The position numbers were made by a program, and so were the translations under genes. This document shows, one piece after another, positions 38,501 to 50,600 of a stretch of DNA of 64,000 nt. The number at the start of each line of letters is the position of its first letter. Within the stretch, counting starts at the first letter, position 1. The notes beneath the pieces were generated by a model. That model was given only the letters and a program-made list of their open reading frames with translations, made no database searches and was not told the DNA's origin. The stretch comes from Pristiophorus japonicus (lineage: Eukaryota). Location of the stretch: NCBI RefSeq assembly GCF_044704955.1, contig NC_091987.1:126852001-126916000 (forward strand). The letters are read 5' to 3'.

Positions 38501-38760
38501 GGGACTGTGTAAACAGTGTGTGTGGGACTGTGAACACTATATGTATGTGACTGTGTGAACAGTGTGTGTGGGTCTGTCTTGAACACTGTGTATGGGACTG
38601 TGTAAATAGTGTGTGTGGGACTGTGAATACTGTGTGTGCGTGACTTTGTGAACATTGTGTGTGGGACCATCAACACTGTGCGTGTGGGACTGTGCAAACA
38701 GTGTGTGTGGGATGGTGAACACTGTGTGTGGGACTGTGTGAACATCGCGTGTGGGACTGT
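26500..38760. repeat. Higher-order repeat array, about four copies of a 3.1-4.0-kb unit
   Basis: Marker ttaataaatag at ~27095, 30569, 33678 and 37630 (spacings 3474, 3109, 3952). Near-identical ORF peptides at 28553, 31822, 35138 and at 27095, 33678, 37630. Confidence 0.85.
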
Positions 38761-41700
38761 GTGAACAGTGTGTGTGGGACTGTGGGAAAGTGCGTGTGTA
38801 TGTGGGATTGTGTGCACAGTGTGTGTGGGACTGTGTGAACAGTGTCTGTGGAATATTGTGAACACTGTGTGTGGGACTGTGCGAACACTGTGTATGGGAC
38901 TGTGTCAACAGTGTGTGTGCAACTGTGTGAACACTATGTGTGGGACTGTGTGAACAATGTGTGTGGGAGTGTGAGCACTGTGTATGTGTGTGACTGTGTG
39001 AACAGTATGTGTGGGACCATGAACATTATATGTGTGAGAATATATGAACAGTGTGTGTGGGACTGTGAACACTGTGTTTAGGACTGTGTGAACACTATTT
39101 CTGGGACTGTGTGAATAGTGTGTGTGAGACTGCGTGAACACTGTGTGTGACCGTGTGAACAGCGTGTGTGGGACTGTGTGAACAGTGTGTGTGGGACTGT
39201 GTGAACACTGTCTGTGGGACTGTGTGAACAGTGTGTGTGAGACTGTGTGAACAGTGCATGTGGGACTGTAAGAATACTGTGTGTGGGATTTTGTGAACAC
39301 AGTGTGTGGGATTTTGTGAACAATGTGTGTGGGACTGTGTGAACACTGTGTATTAGACTATGTGAACAGTGTTTGTGTGACTGTGTGAACAGTGAGAGTG
39401 GGGCTGTGTGAACACCGTGTGTGTATAACTTTGTGAACAATGTGTGTGGGACCGTGAGCACAGTGTGTGTAGGACTACGTGAACAGTGTGTGTGGGACTG
39501 TGAACACTGTGTGTGGGACTGTGTGAACAGTATGTGTTCTGGGACTGAGTGCACAGTGTGTGTGGGACTGTGTGAACAGTGTGTGTGGAACTGTGTGAAC
39601 AATATGTTTGGGACTCTGCGAACACTGTGTGTGTGACTGTATGAACCGTGTGTGTGTGACAATGTGAACAGTGTGTATGGGTCTATGTGAACAGTGTGTG
39701 GGTGACTGCATAAATAGTGTATGTGGGACTGTGTGAATAGAGTGTGGGACTGTGTGGACACTGCATGTGGGACTGTGTAAACAGTGTGTGTGGCACTGTA
39801 TGAACATTGCGTGTGGGTCTCAGTTGAACAATGTGTGTGGGACTGTGTAAACAGTGTATGTGGGACTGTGAACACTGTGTGTGTGTGACATTGTGAACAG
39901 TGTTTGTGGGACCGTCAACACTGTGTGTGTGTGTGACTGTGTGCACAGTGTGTGTGGGTCTGTGTTGAACACTGTGTATGGGACTGTGTAAATAGTGTGT
40001 GTGGGACTGTGAACACTGTGTGTGTGTGACTTTGTGAACAGTGTGTGTGGGACCATCAACACTGTGTGTGTGGTGCTAACAGTGTAGGTGGGACGGTGAA
40101 CACTGTGTGTAGGACTGTGTGAACAGTGTGTGTGGGACTGTATGAACAGTGCACGTGTGTGTGTGATTGTGTGCACAGTGTGTGTGGGACTGTGTGAGCA
40201 CTGTGTCTGGGACTGTGTGAATAGTGTCTGTGGTATATTGCGAACACTGTGTGTGGGACTTTTTGAACACTGTATGTGGGACTGTGTCAACAGTGTGTGT
40301 GGGACTGTGTCAACACTGTATATGGGACTGTGTGAACACTATGTGTGGGACTGTGCGAACACTGTGTATGGGACTGTGTCAACAGTGTGTGTGCAACTGT
40401 GTGAACACTATGTGTGGGACTGTGTGAACAATGTGTGTGGGAGTGTGAGCACTGTGTATGTGTGTGACTGTGTGAACAGTGTATGTGGGACCATGAACAT
40501 TATATGTGTGAGAATATATGAACAGTGTGTGTGGGACTGTGAACACTGTGTTTAGGACTGTGTGAACACTATTTCTGGGACTGTGTGAATAGTGTGTGTG
40601 GGACTGCGTGAACACTGTGTGTGTGACCGTGTGAACAGTGTGTGTGGGACTGTGTGAAAAGTGTGTGTGGGACTGTGTGAACACTGTCTGTGGGACTGTG
40701 TGAACAGTGTGTGTGAGACTGTGTGAACAGTGCATGTGGGACTGTGAGAATACTGTGTGTGGGATTTTGTGAACACAGTGTGTGGGATTTTGTGAACAAT
40801 GTGTGTGGGACTGTGTGAACACTGTGTATTAGACTATGTGAACAGTGTTTGTGTGACTGTGTGAACAGTGAGAGTGGGGCTGTGTGAACACCGTGTGTGT
40901 ATAACTTTGTGAACAATGTGTGTGGGACCGTGAGCACAGTGTGTGTGGGACTACGTGAACAGTGTGTGTGGGACTGTGAACACTGTGTGTGGGACTGTGT
41001 GAACAGTGTGTGTGAGACTGTGTGAACCGTGCGTGTGGGACTGTGTGAACCGTGCGTGTGGGATTTTATTAACACTGTGTGTGGGATTGTATAAACAGAG
41101 TGTGTGGGACTGTGTGAACACTTTGTGTGGGCCTGTGTGAACATTGTGTGTGGGACTGTGTGAACAGTACGTGTTCTGGGACTGAGTGCACAGTGTGTGT
41201 GGGACTGTGTGAACAGTGTGCGTGGAACTGTGTGAACAATATGTTTGGGACTCTGCGAACACTGTGTGTGTGACTGTATGAACCGTATGTGTGTGACAAT
41301 GTGAACAGTGTGTATGGGTCTGTGTGAACAGTGTGTGGGTGACTGCATAAATAGTGTATGTGGGACTGTGTGAATAGAGTGTGGGACTGTGTGGACACTG
41401 CATGTTGGACTGTGTAAACAGTGTGTGTGGCACTGTATGAACATTGCGTGTGGGTCTCAGTTGAACAATGTGTGTGGGACTGTGTAAACAGTGTATGTGG
41501 GACTGTGAACACTGTGTGTGTGTGACATTGTGAACAGTGTTTGTGGGACCGTCAACACTGTGTGTGTGTGTGACTGTGTGCACAGTGTGTGTGGGTCTGT
41601 GTTGAACACTGTGTATGGGACTGTGTAAATAGTGTGTGTGGGACTGTGAACACTGTGTGTGTGTGACTTTGTGAACAGTGTGTGTGGGACCATCAACACT

Positions 41701-44700
41701 GTGTGTGTGGTGCTAACAGTGTAGGTGGGACGGTGAACACTGTGTGTAGGACTGTGTGAACAGTGTGTGGGGGACTGCATAAATAGTGTATGTGGGACTG
41801 TGTGAATAGAGTGTGGGACTGTGTGGACACTGCATGTGGGACTGTGTAAACAGTGTGTGTGGCACTGTATGAACATTGCGTGTGGGTCTCAGTTGAACAA
41901 TGTGTGTGGGACTGTGTAAACAGTGTATGTGGGACTGTGAACACTGTGTGTGTGTGACATTGTGAACAGTGTTTGTGGGACCGTCAACACTGTGTGTGTG
42001 TGTGACTGTGTGCACAGTGTGTGTGGGTCTGTGTTGAACACTGTGTATGGGACTGTGTAAATAGTGTGTGTGGGACTGTGAACACTGTGTGTGTGTGACT
42101 TTGTGAACAGTGTGTGTGGGACCATCAACACTGTGTGTGTGGTGCTAACAGTGTAGGTGGGACGGTGAACACTGTGTGTAGGACTGTGTGAACAGTGTGT
42201 GTGGGACTGTATGAACAGTGCACGTGTGTGTGTGATTGTGTGCACAGTGTGTGTGGGACTGTGTGAGCACTGTGTCTGGGACTGTGTGAATAGTGTCTGT
42301 GGTATATTGCGAACACTGTGTGTGGGACTTGTTGAACACTGTATGTGGGACTGTGTCAACAGTGTGTGTGGGACTGTGTCAACACTGTATATGGGACTGT
42401 GTGAACACTATGTGTGGGACTGTGCGAACACTGTGTATGGGACTGTGTCAACAGTGTGTGTGCAACTGTGTGAACACTATGTGTGGGACTGTGTGAACAA
42501 TGTGTGTGGGAGTGTGAGCACTGTGTATGTGTGTGACTGTGTGAACAGTGTGTGTGGGACCATGAACATTATATGTGTGAGAATATATGAACAGTGTGTG
42601 TGGGACTGTGAACACTGTGTCTAGGACTGTGTGAACACTATTTCTGGGACTGTGTGAATAGTGTGTGTGGGACTGCGTGAACACTGTGTGTGTGACCGTG
42701 TGAACAGTGTGTGTGGGACTGTGTGAAAAGTGTGTGTGGGACTGTGTGAACACTGTCTGTGGGACTGTGTGAACAGTGTGTGTGAGACTGTGTGAACAGT
42801 GCATGTGGGACTGTGAGAATACTGTGTGTGGGATTTTGTGAACACAGTGTGTGGGATTTTGTGAACAATGTGTGTGGGACTGTGTGAACACTGTGTATTA
42901 GACTATGTGAACAGTGTTTGTGTGACTGTGTGAACAGTGAGAGTGGGGCTGTGTGAACACCGTGTGTGTATAACTTTGTGAACAATGTGTGTGGGACCGT
43001 GAGCACAGTGTGTGTGGGACTACGTGAACAGTGTGTGTGGGACTGTGAACACTGTGTGTGGGACTGTGTGAACAGTGTGTGTGAGACTGTGTGAAGAGTG
43101 CGTGTGGGACTGTGTGAACCGTGCGTGTGGGATTTTATTAACACTGTGTGTGGGATTGTATAAACAGAGTGTGTGGGACTGTGTGAACACTTTGTGTGGG
43201 CCTGTGTGAACATTGTGTGTGGGACTGTGTGAACAGTACGTGTTCTGGGACTGAGTGCACAGTGTGTGTGGGACTGTGTGAACAGTGTGCGTGGAACTGT
43301 GTGAACAATATGTTTGGGACTCTGCGAACACTGTGTGTGTGACTGTATGAACCGTATGTGTGTGACAATGTGAACAGTGTGTATGGGTCTGTGTGAACAG
43401 TGTGTGGGGGACTGCATAAATAGTGTATGTGGGACTGTGTGAATAGAGTGTGGGACTGTGTGGACACTGCATGTGGGACTGTGTAAACAGTGTGTGTGGC
43501 ACTGTATGAACATTGCGTGTGGGTCTCAGTTGAACAATGTGTGTGGGACTGTGTAAACAGTGTATGTGGGACTGTGAACACTGTGTGTGTGTGACATTGT
43601 GAACAGTGTTTGTGGGACCGTCAACACTGTGTGTGTGTGTGACTGTGTGCACAGTGTGTGTGGGTCTGTGTTGAACACTGTGTATGGGACTGTGTAAATA
43701 GTGTGTGTGGGACTGTGAACACTGTGTGTGTGTGACTTTGTGAACAGTGTGTGTGGGACCATCAACACTGTGTGTGTGGTGCTAACAGTGTAGGTGGGAC
43801 GGTGAACACTGTGTGTAGGACTGTGTGAACAGTGTGTGTGGGACTGTATGAACAGTGCACGTGTGTGTGTGATTGTGTGCACAGTGTGTGTGGGACTGTG
43901 TGAGCACTGTGTCTGGGACTGTGTGAATAGTGTCTGTGGTATATTGCGAACACTGTGTGTGGGACTTTTTGAACACTGTATGTGGGACTGTGTCAACAGT
44001 GTGTGTGGGACTGTGTCAACACTGTATATGGGACTGTGTGAACAGTGTGTGTGCAACTGTGTGAACACTGTGTGTGGGACAGTCTCAAACGTGTGTGAGG
44101 GACTGCGTGAACACTGTGTGTGGGATCGTGTGAATACTGTTTTGGGACTGTGTGAACAGTGTGTGTGGGATTGTGTGCACAGTGTGTGTGGGATTGTGTG
44201 CACAGTGTGTGTGGGACTGTGTGAACAATGTGTGTGGGACTGTGTGAAGCGTGTGTGTGGGTCATTGTTAACAGTGTGTGTGGGAATATGTGAACACTGT
44301 GTGTGGGATTGTGTGAACACTGTGTGTGGGATTGTGTGAACACTGTGTGTAGGATTGTGTTAACAGTGTCGCTGTGACTTTGTGAACAGTGTCTGTGGGA
44401 CTGTGTGAACATTGTGTGTGGGACTGTGTGAACACTGTCTGTGCGACAGTGTGAACAGTGTGTGTGGGACTTTGTGAACACTGTGTGTGGGACTGTGTGA
44501 ACACTGTGTGCGGGACTGTGAGATCTTTGTGTGTGATACTGTGTGAACACTGTGTATGGGACTGTGTGAACAGTGTGTGTGGGACTGTGTGAAGAGTGTG
44601 TGTGGGACTGCGTGAACCATGTGTGTGGGACTGTTTGAACAGTGTGTGTGAGACTATGTGAACCGTGTGTGCATGATTCTGTGAACACAGTGTGTGGGTC

Positions 44701-45940
44701 TGTGTTGAACACTGTGTATGGGACTGTGTAAACAGTGTGTGTGGGACTGTGAATACTATGTGTGTGTGACTTTGTGGAACAGTCTGTATGCGACCGTGAA
44801 CACTGTGTGTGTGGGACTGTGTGAATAGTGTGTGTGGGTGTAGGATTGTGTGCAAAGTGTGTGTAGGACTGTATGAACACTGTGTGTGGGACTGTGTGAA
44901 CATTGTCTGTGGGATTTTGTGAACACTGTGTGGGACTGTGTGAACAATGTGTGTGGGAATGTGCCAACCGTGTGTGTGGGACTGTGTGAATGTGTATGGG
45001 ACTGTGTGAACGGTGTGTGTGGGACAGTGTGAACAGTATGTGTGGGGGACTATGTGAACAGTATGTATGTGACTGTGTGAACAGTGTGTGTGGGTCTGTC
45101 TTGAACACTGTGTATGGGACTGTGTCAACAGTGTGTGTGCAACTGTGTGAACACTATGTGTGGGACTGTGTGAACAATGTGTGTGGGAGTGTGAGCACTG
45201 TGTATGTGTGTGACTGTGTGAACAGTGTGTGTGGGACCATGAACATTATATGTGTGAGAATATATGAACAGTGTGTGTGGGACTGTGAACACTGTGTTTA
45301 GGACTGTGTGAACACTATTTCTGGGACTGTGTGAATAGTGTGTGTGGGACTGCGTGAACATTGTGTGTGTGACCGTGTGAACAGTGTGTGTGGGACTGTG
45401 TGAATAGTATGTGTGTGTGGGACTGTGTGAACAGTGTGTGTGGGACTGTGTGAACACTGTCTGTGGGACTGTGTGAACAGTGTGTGTGAGACTGTGTGAA
45501 CAGTGCATGTGGGACTGTGAGAATACTGTGTGTGAGATTTTGTGAACACAGTGTGTGGGATTTTGTGAACAATGTGTGTGGGACTGTGTGAACACTGTGT
45601 ATTAGACTATGTGAACAGTGTTTGTGTGACTGTGTGAACAGTGAGAGTGGGGCTGTGTGAACACCGTGTGTGTATAACTTTGTGAACAATGTGTGTGGGA
45701 CCGTGAGCACAGTGTGTGTGGGACTACGTGAACAGTGTGTGTGGGACTGTGAACACTGTGTGTGGGACTGTGTGAACAGTGTGTGTGAGACTGTGTGAAG
45801 AGTGCGTGTGGGACTGTGTGAACCGTGCGTGTGGGATTTTATTAACACTGTGTGTGGGATTGTATAAACAGAGTGTGTGGGACTGTGTGAACACTTTGTG
45901 TGGGCCTGTGTGAACATTGTGTGTGGGACTGTGTGAACAG

Positions 45941-46136
45941 TATGTGTTCTGGGACTGAGTGCACAGTGTGTGTGGGACTGTGTGAACAGTATGTGTTCTG
46001 GGACTGAGTGCACAGTGTGTGTGGGACTGTGTGAACAGTATGTGTTCTGGGACTGAGTGCACAGTGTGTGTGGGACTGTGTGAACAGTATGTGTTCTGGG
46101 ACTGAGTGCACAGTGTGTGTGGGACTGTGTGAACAG
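45941..46136. repeat. 49-bp VNTR x4 (tatgtgttctgggactgagtgcacagtgtgtgtgggactgtgtgaacag)
   Basis: Perfect copies start at 45941, 45990, 46039 and 46088. Confidence 0.92.
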
Positions 46137-47361
46137 TGTGCATGGAACTGTGTGAACAATATGTTTGGGACTCTGCGAACACTGTGTGTGTGACTGTATG
46201 AACAGTGTGTGTGTGACAATGTGAACAGTGTGTATGGGTCTGTGTGAACAGTGTGTGGGGGACTGCATAAATAGTGTATGTGGGACTGTGTGAATAGAGT
46301 GTGGGACTGTGTGGACACTGCATGTGGGACTGTGTAAACAGTGTGTGTGGCACTGTATGAACATTGCGTGTGGGTCTCAGTTGAACAATGTGTGTGGGAC
46401 TGTGTAAACAGTGTATGTGGGACTGTGAACACTGTGTGTGTGTGACATTGTGAACAGTGTTTGTGGGACCGTCAACACTGTGTGTGTGTGTGACTGTGTG
46501 CACAGTGTGTGTGGGTCTGTGTTGAACACTGTGTATGGGACTGTGTCAACAGTGTGTGTGCAACTGTGTGAACACTATGTGTGGGATTGTGTGAACAATG
46601 TGTGTGGGAGTGTGAGCACTGTGTATGTGTGTGACTGTGTGAACAGTGTGTGTGGGACCATGAACATTATATGTGTGAGAATATATGAACAGTGTGTGTG
46701 GGACTGTGAACACTGTGTTTAGGACTGTGTGAACACTATTTCTGGGACTGTGTGAATAGTGTGTGTGGGACTGCGTGAACACTGTGTGTGTGACCGTGTG
46801 AACAGTGTGTGTGGGACTGTGTGAATAGTATGTGTGTGTGGGACTGTGTGAACAGTGTGTGTGGGACTGTGTGAACACTGTCTGTGGGACTGTGTGAACA
46901 GTGTGTGTGAGACTGTGTGAACAGTGCATGTGGGACTGTGAGAATACTGTGTGTGGGATTTTGTGAACACAGTGTGTGGGATTTTGTGAACAATGTGTGT
47001 GGGACTGTGTGAACACTGTGTATTAGACTATGTGAACAGTGTTTGTGTGACTGTGTGAACAGTGAGAGTGGGGCTGTGTGAACACCGTGTGTGTATAACT
47101 TTGTGAACAATGTGTGTGGGACCGTGAGCACAGTGTGTGTGGGACTACGTGAACAGTGTGTGTGGGACTGTGAACACTGTGTGTGGGACTGTGTGAACAG
47201 TGTGTGTGAGACTGTGTGAAGAGTGCGTGTGGGACTGTGTGAACCGTGCGTGTGGGATTTTATTAACACTGTGTGTGGGATTGTATAAACAGAGTGTGTG
47301 GGACTGTGTGAACACTTTGTGTGGGCCTGTGTGAACATTGTGTGTGGGACTGTGTGAACAG

Positions 47362-47606
47362 TATGTGTTCTGGGACTGAGTGCACAGTGTGTGTGGGACT
47401 GTGTGAACAGTATGTGTTCTGGGACTGAGTGCACAGTGTGTGTGGGACTGTGTGAACAGTATGTGTTCTGGGACTGAGTGCACAGTGTGTGTGGGACTGT
47501 GTGAACAGTATGTGTTCTGGGACTGAGTGCACAGTGTGTGTGGGACTGTGTGAACAGTATGTGTTCTGGGACTGAGTGCACAGTGTGTGTGGGACTGTGT
47601 GAACAG
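47362..47606. repeat. 49-bp VNTR x5 (same unit)
   Basis: Perfect copies start at 47362, 47411, 47460, 47509 and 47558. Confidence 0.92.
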
Positions 47607-50600
47607 TGTGCGTGGAACTGTGTGAACAATATGTTTGGGACTCTGCGAACACTGTGTGTGTGACTGTATGAACAGTGTGTGTGTGACAATGTGAACAGTG
47701 TGTATGGGTCTGTGTGAACAGTGTGTGGGGGACTGCATAAATAGTGTATGTGGGACTGTGTGAATAGAGTGTGGGACTGTGTGGACACTGCATGTGGGAC
47801 TGTGTAAACAGTGTGTGTGGCACTGTATGAACATTGCGTGTGGGTCTCAGTTGAACAATGTGTGTGGGACTGTGTAAACAGTGTATGTGGGACTGTGAAC
47901 ACTGTGTGTGTGTGAAATTGTGAACAGTGTTTGTGGGACCGTCAACACTGTGTGTGTGTGTGACTGTGTTCACAGTGTGTGTGGGTCTGTGTTGAACACT
48001 GTGTATGGGACTGTGTAAATAGTGTGTGTGGGAATGTGAACACTGTGTGTGTGTGACTTTGTGAACAGTGTGTGTGGGACCATCAACATTGTGTGTGTGG
48101 TGCTAACAGTGTAGGTGGGACGGTGAACACTGTGTGTAGGACTGTGTGAACAATGTGTGTGGGACTGTGTGAGCACTGTGTCTGGGACTGTGTGAATAGT
48201 GTCTGGGGCATATTGCGAACACTGTGTGTGGGACTTTTTGAACACTGTGTGTGGGACTGTGCCAACAGTGTGTGTGGGACTGTGTCAACACTGTATATGG
48301 GACTGTGTGAACAGTGTGTGTGCAACTGTGTGAACACTGTGTGTGGGACAGTCTCAAAAGTGTGTGAGGGACTGCGTGAACACTGTGTGTGGGATCGTGT
48401 GAATACTGTGTTGGGACTGTGTGAACAGTGTGTGTGGGATTGTGTGCACAGTGTGTGTGGGATTGTGTGCACAGTGTGTGTGGGACTGTGTGAAGCGTGT
48501 GTGTGGGTCATTGTTAACAGTGTGTGTGGGAATATGTGAACACTGTGGGTGGGATTGTGTGAACACTGTGTGTGGGATTGTGTGAACACTGTGTGTAGGA
48601 TTGTGTTAACAGTGTCACTGTGACTTTGTGAACAGTGTCTGTGGGACTGTGTGAACATTGTGTGTGGGACTGTGTGAACACTGTCTGTGCGACAGTGTGA
48701 ACAGTGTGTGTGGGACTGTGTGAACACTGTGTACGGGACTGTGAGATCTCTGTGTGTGATACTGTGTGAACACTGTGTATGGGACTGTGTGAACAGTGTG
48801 TGTGGGACTGTGTGAAGAGTGTGTGTGGGACTGCGTGAACCATGTGTGTGGGACTGTTTGAACAGTGTGTGTGAGACTATGTGAACCGTGTGTGCATGAT
48901 TCTGTGAACACAGTGTGTGGGTCTGTGTTGAACACTGTGTATGGGACTGTGTAAACAGTGTGTGTGGGACTGTGAATACTATGTGTGTGTGACTTTGTGG
49001 AACAGTCTGTATGCGACCATGAACACTGTGTGTGTGGGACTGTGTGAATAGTGTGTGTGGGTGTAGGATTGTGTGCAAAGTGTGTGTAGGACTGTATGAA
49101 CACTGTGTGTGGGACTGTGTGAACATTGTCTGTGGGATTTTGTGAACACTGTGTGGGACTGTGTGAACAATGTGTGTGGGAATGTGCCAACCGTGTGTGT
49201 GGGACTGTGTGAATGTGTATGGGACTGTGTGAACAGTGTGTGTGGGACAGTGTGAACAGTATGTGTGGGGGACTATGTGAACAGTATGTATGTGACTGTG
49301 TGAACAGTGTGTGTGGGATTGTGTGAACAGTGTGTGTGGGACTGTGTGAATAGAGTGTGGGACTGTGTGAACACTGTGTGTGGGACTGTGTAAACAGTGT
49401 GTGTGGGACAGTGTGAACAGTATGTGTGTATGGGTCTGTGTGAGCAGTGTGTGTGGGACTGTGTGAACACTGTCTATGGGACTGTGTGAACAGTGTGTGT
49501 GAGACTGTGTGAACAGTGCGTGTGGGACTGTAAGAATACTGTGTGTGGGATTTTGTGAACACAGTGTGTGGGATTGTGTAAACAGAGTGTGTGGGACTGT
49601 GTGAACACTGTGTGTGGGACTGTGTGAACACTGTGTGTGGGACTGTGTGAACAGTATGTGTGGGACTGAGAGCACAGTGTGTGTGTGACTGTGTGAAAAG
49701 TGTCTGTGGGATTTTGTGAACAATGTGTGTGGGACTGTGTGAACACTGTGTATGAGACTATGTGAACAGTGTTTGTGTGACTGTGTGAACAGTGAGAGTG
49801 GGACTGTGTGAACACCGTGTGTGTATAACTTTGTGAACAATGTGTGTGGGACCGTGAGCACAGTGTGCGTGGGACTATATGAACAGTGTGTGTGGGACTG
49901 TGAACACTATGTGTGTGACTGTGTGAACAGTGTGTGTGGGTCTGTCTTGAACACTGTGTATGGGACTGTGTAAACAGTGTATGTGGGACTGTGAACACTA
50001 TGTGTGTGACTGTGTGAACAGTGTGTGTGGGTCTGTCTTGAACACTGTGTATGGGACTGTGTAAACAGTGTATGTGGGACTGTGAACACTGTGTGTGTGT
50101 GACATTGTGAACAGTGTGTGTGGGACATTGAACACTGTGTGTGGGACTGTGTGAACATTGTGTGTGGGACTGTGTGAACAGTGTGTGTGGGACTGTGTGA
50201 ACAGTGTGTGTGTGTGTGGGATTGTGTGCACAGTGTGTGTGGGACTGTGTCAACAGTGTGTGCGGGACTGTGTGAATACTGTGTATGGGACTGTGTGAAC
50301 AGTGTGTGTGCAACTGTGTGAACACTGTGTGTGGGACTGTGTGAACAGTGTGTATGGGACAGTGTGAACAGTGTATGTGAGACTGTGTGAACAGTGTGTG
50401 TGGGACTGTGTGAACAGTGTATGTGGAACTGTGTGAACAGTATGTGTGGGGCTGTGTGAACATTGTGTCTGGGATGCTGTGAACAGTGACTGTGTAATAT
50501 TGTGAACACTGTGTGTGGGACTGTGTGAATATTGTGTGTAGGACTGTGTGCACAGTGTGTGTGGGACTGTGTGAACACAGTGTGAAGGACTGTGTGAACA

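Larger units (their letters stand above)
38870..49320. repeat. Higher-order repeat array, 1.4-2.7-kb units with nested 432-bp duplication
   Basis: Marker gagaatatatgaac and ORF ends at 38905, 40379, 42448, 45125 and 46546 (spacings 1474, 2069, 2677, 1421). 432-bp internal duplication (41457/41889). Block ~43700-45090 recurs at ~48000-49310. Confidence 0.82.
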
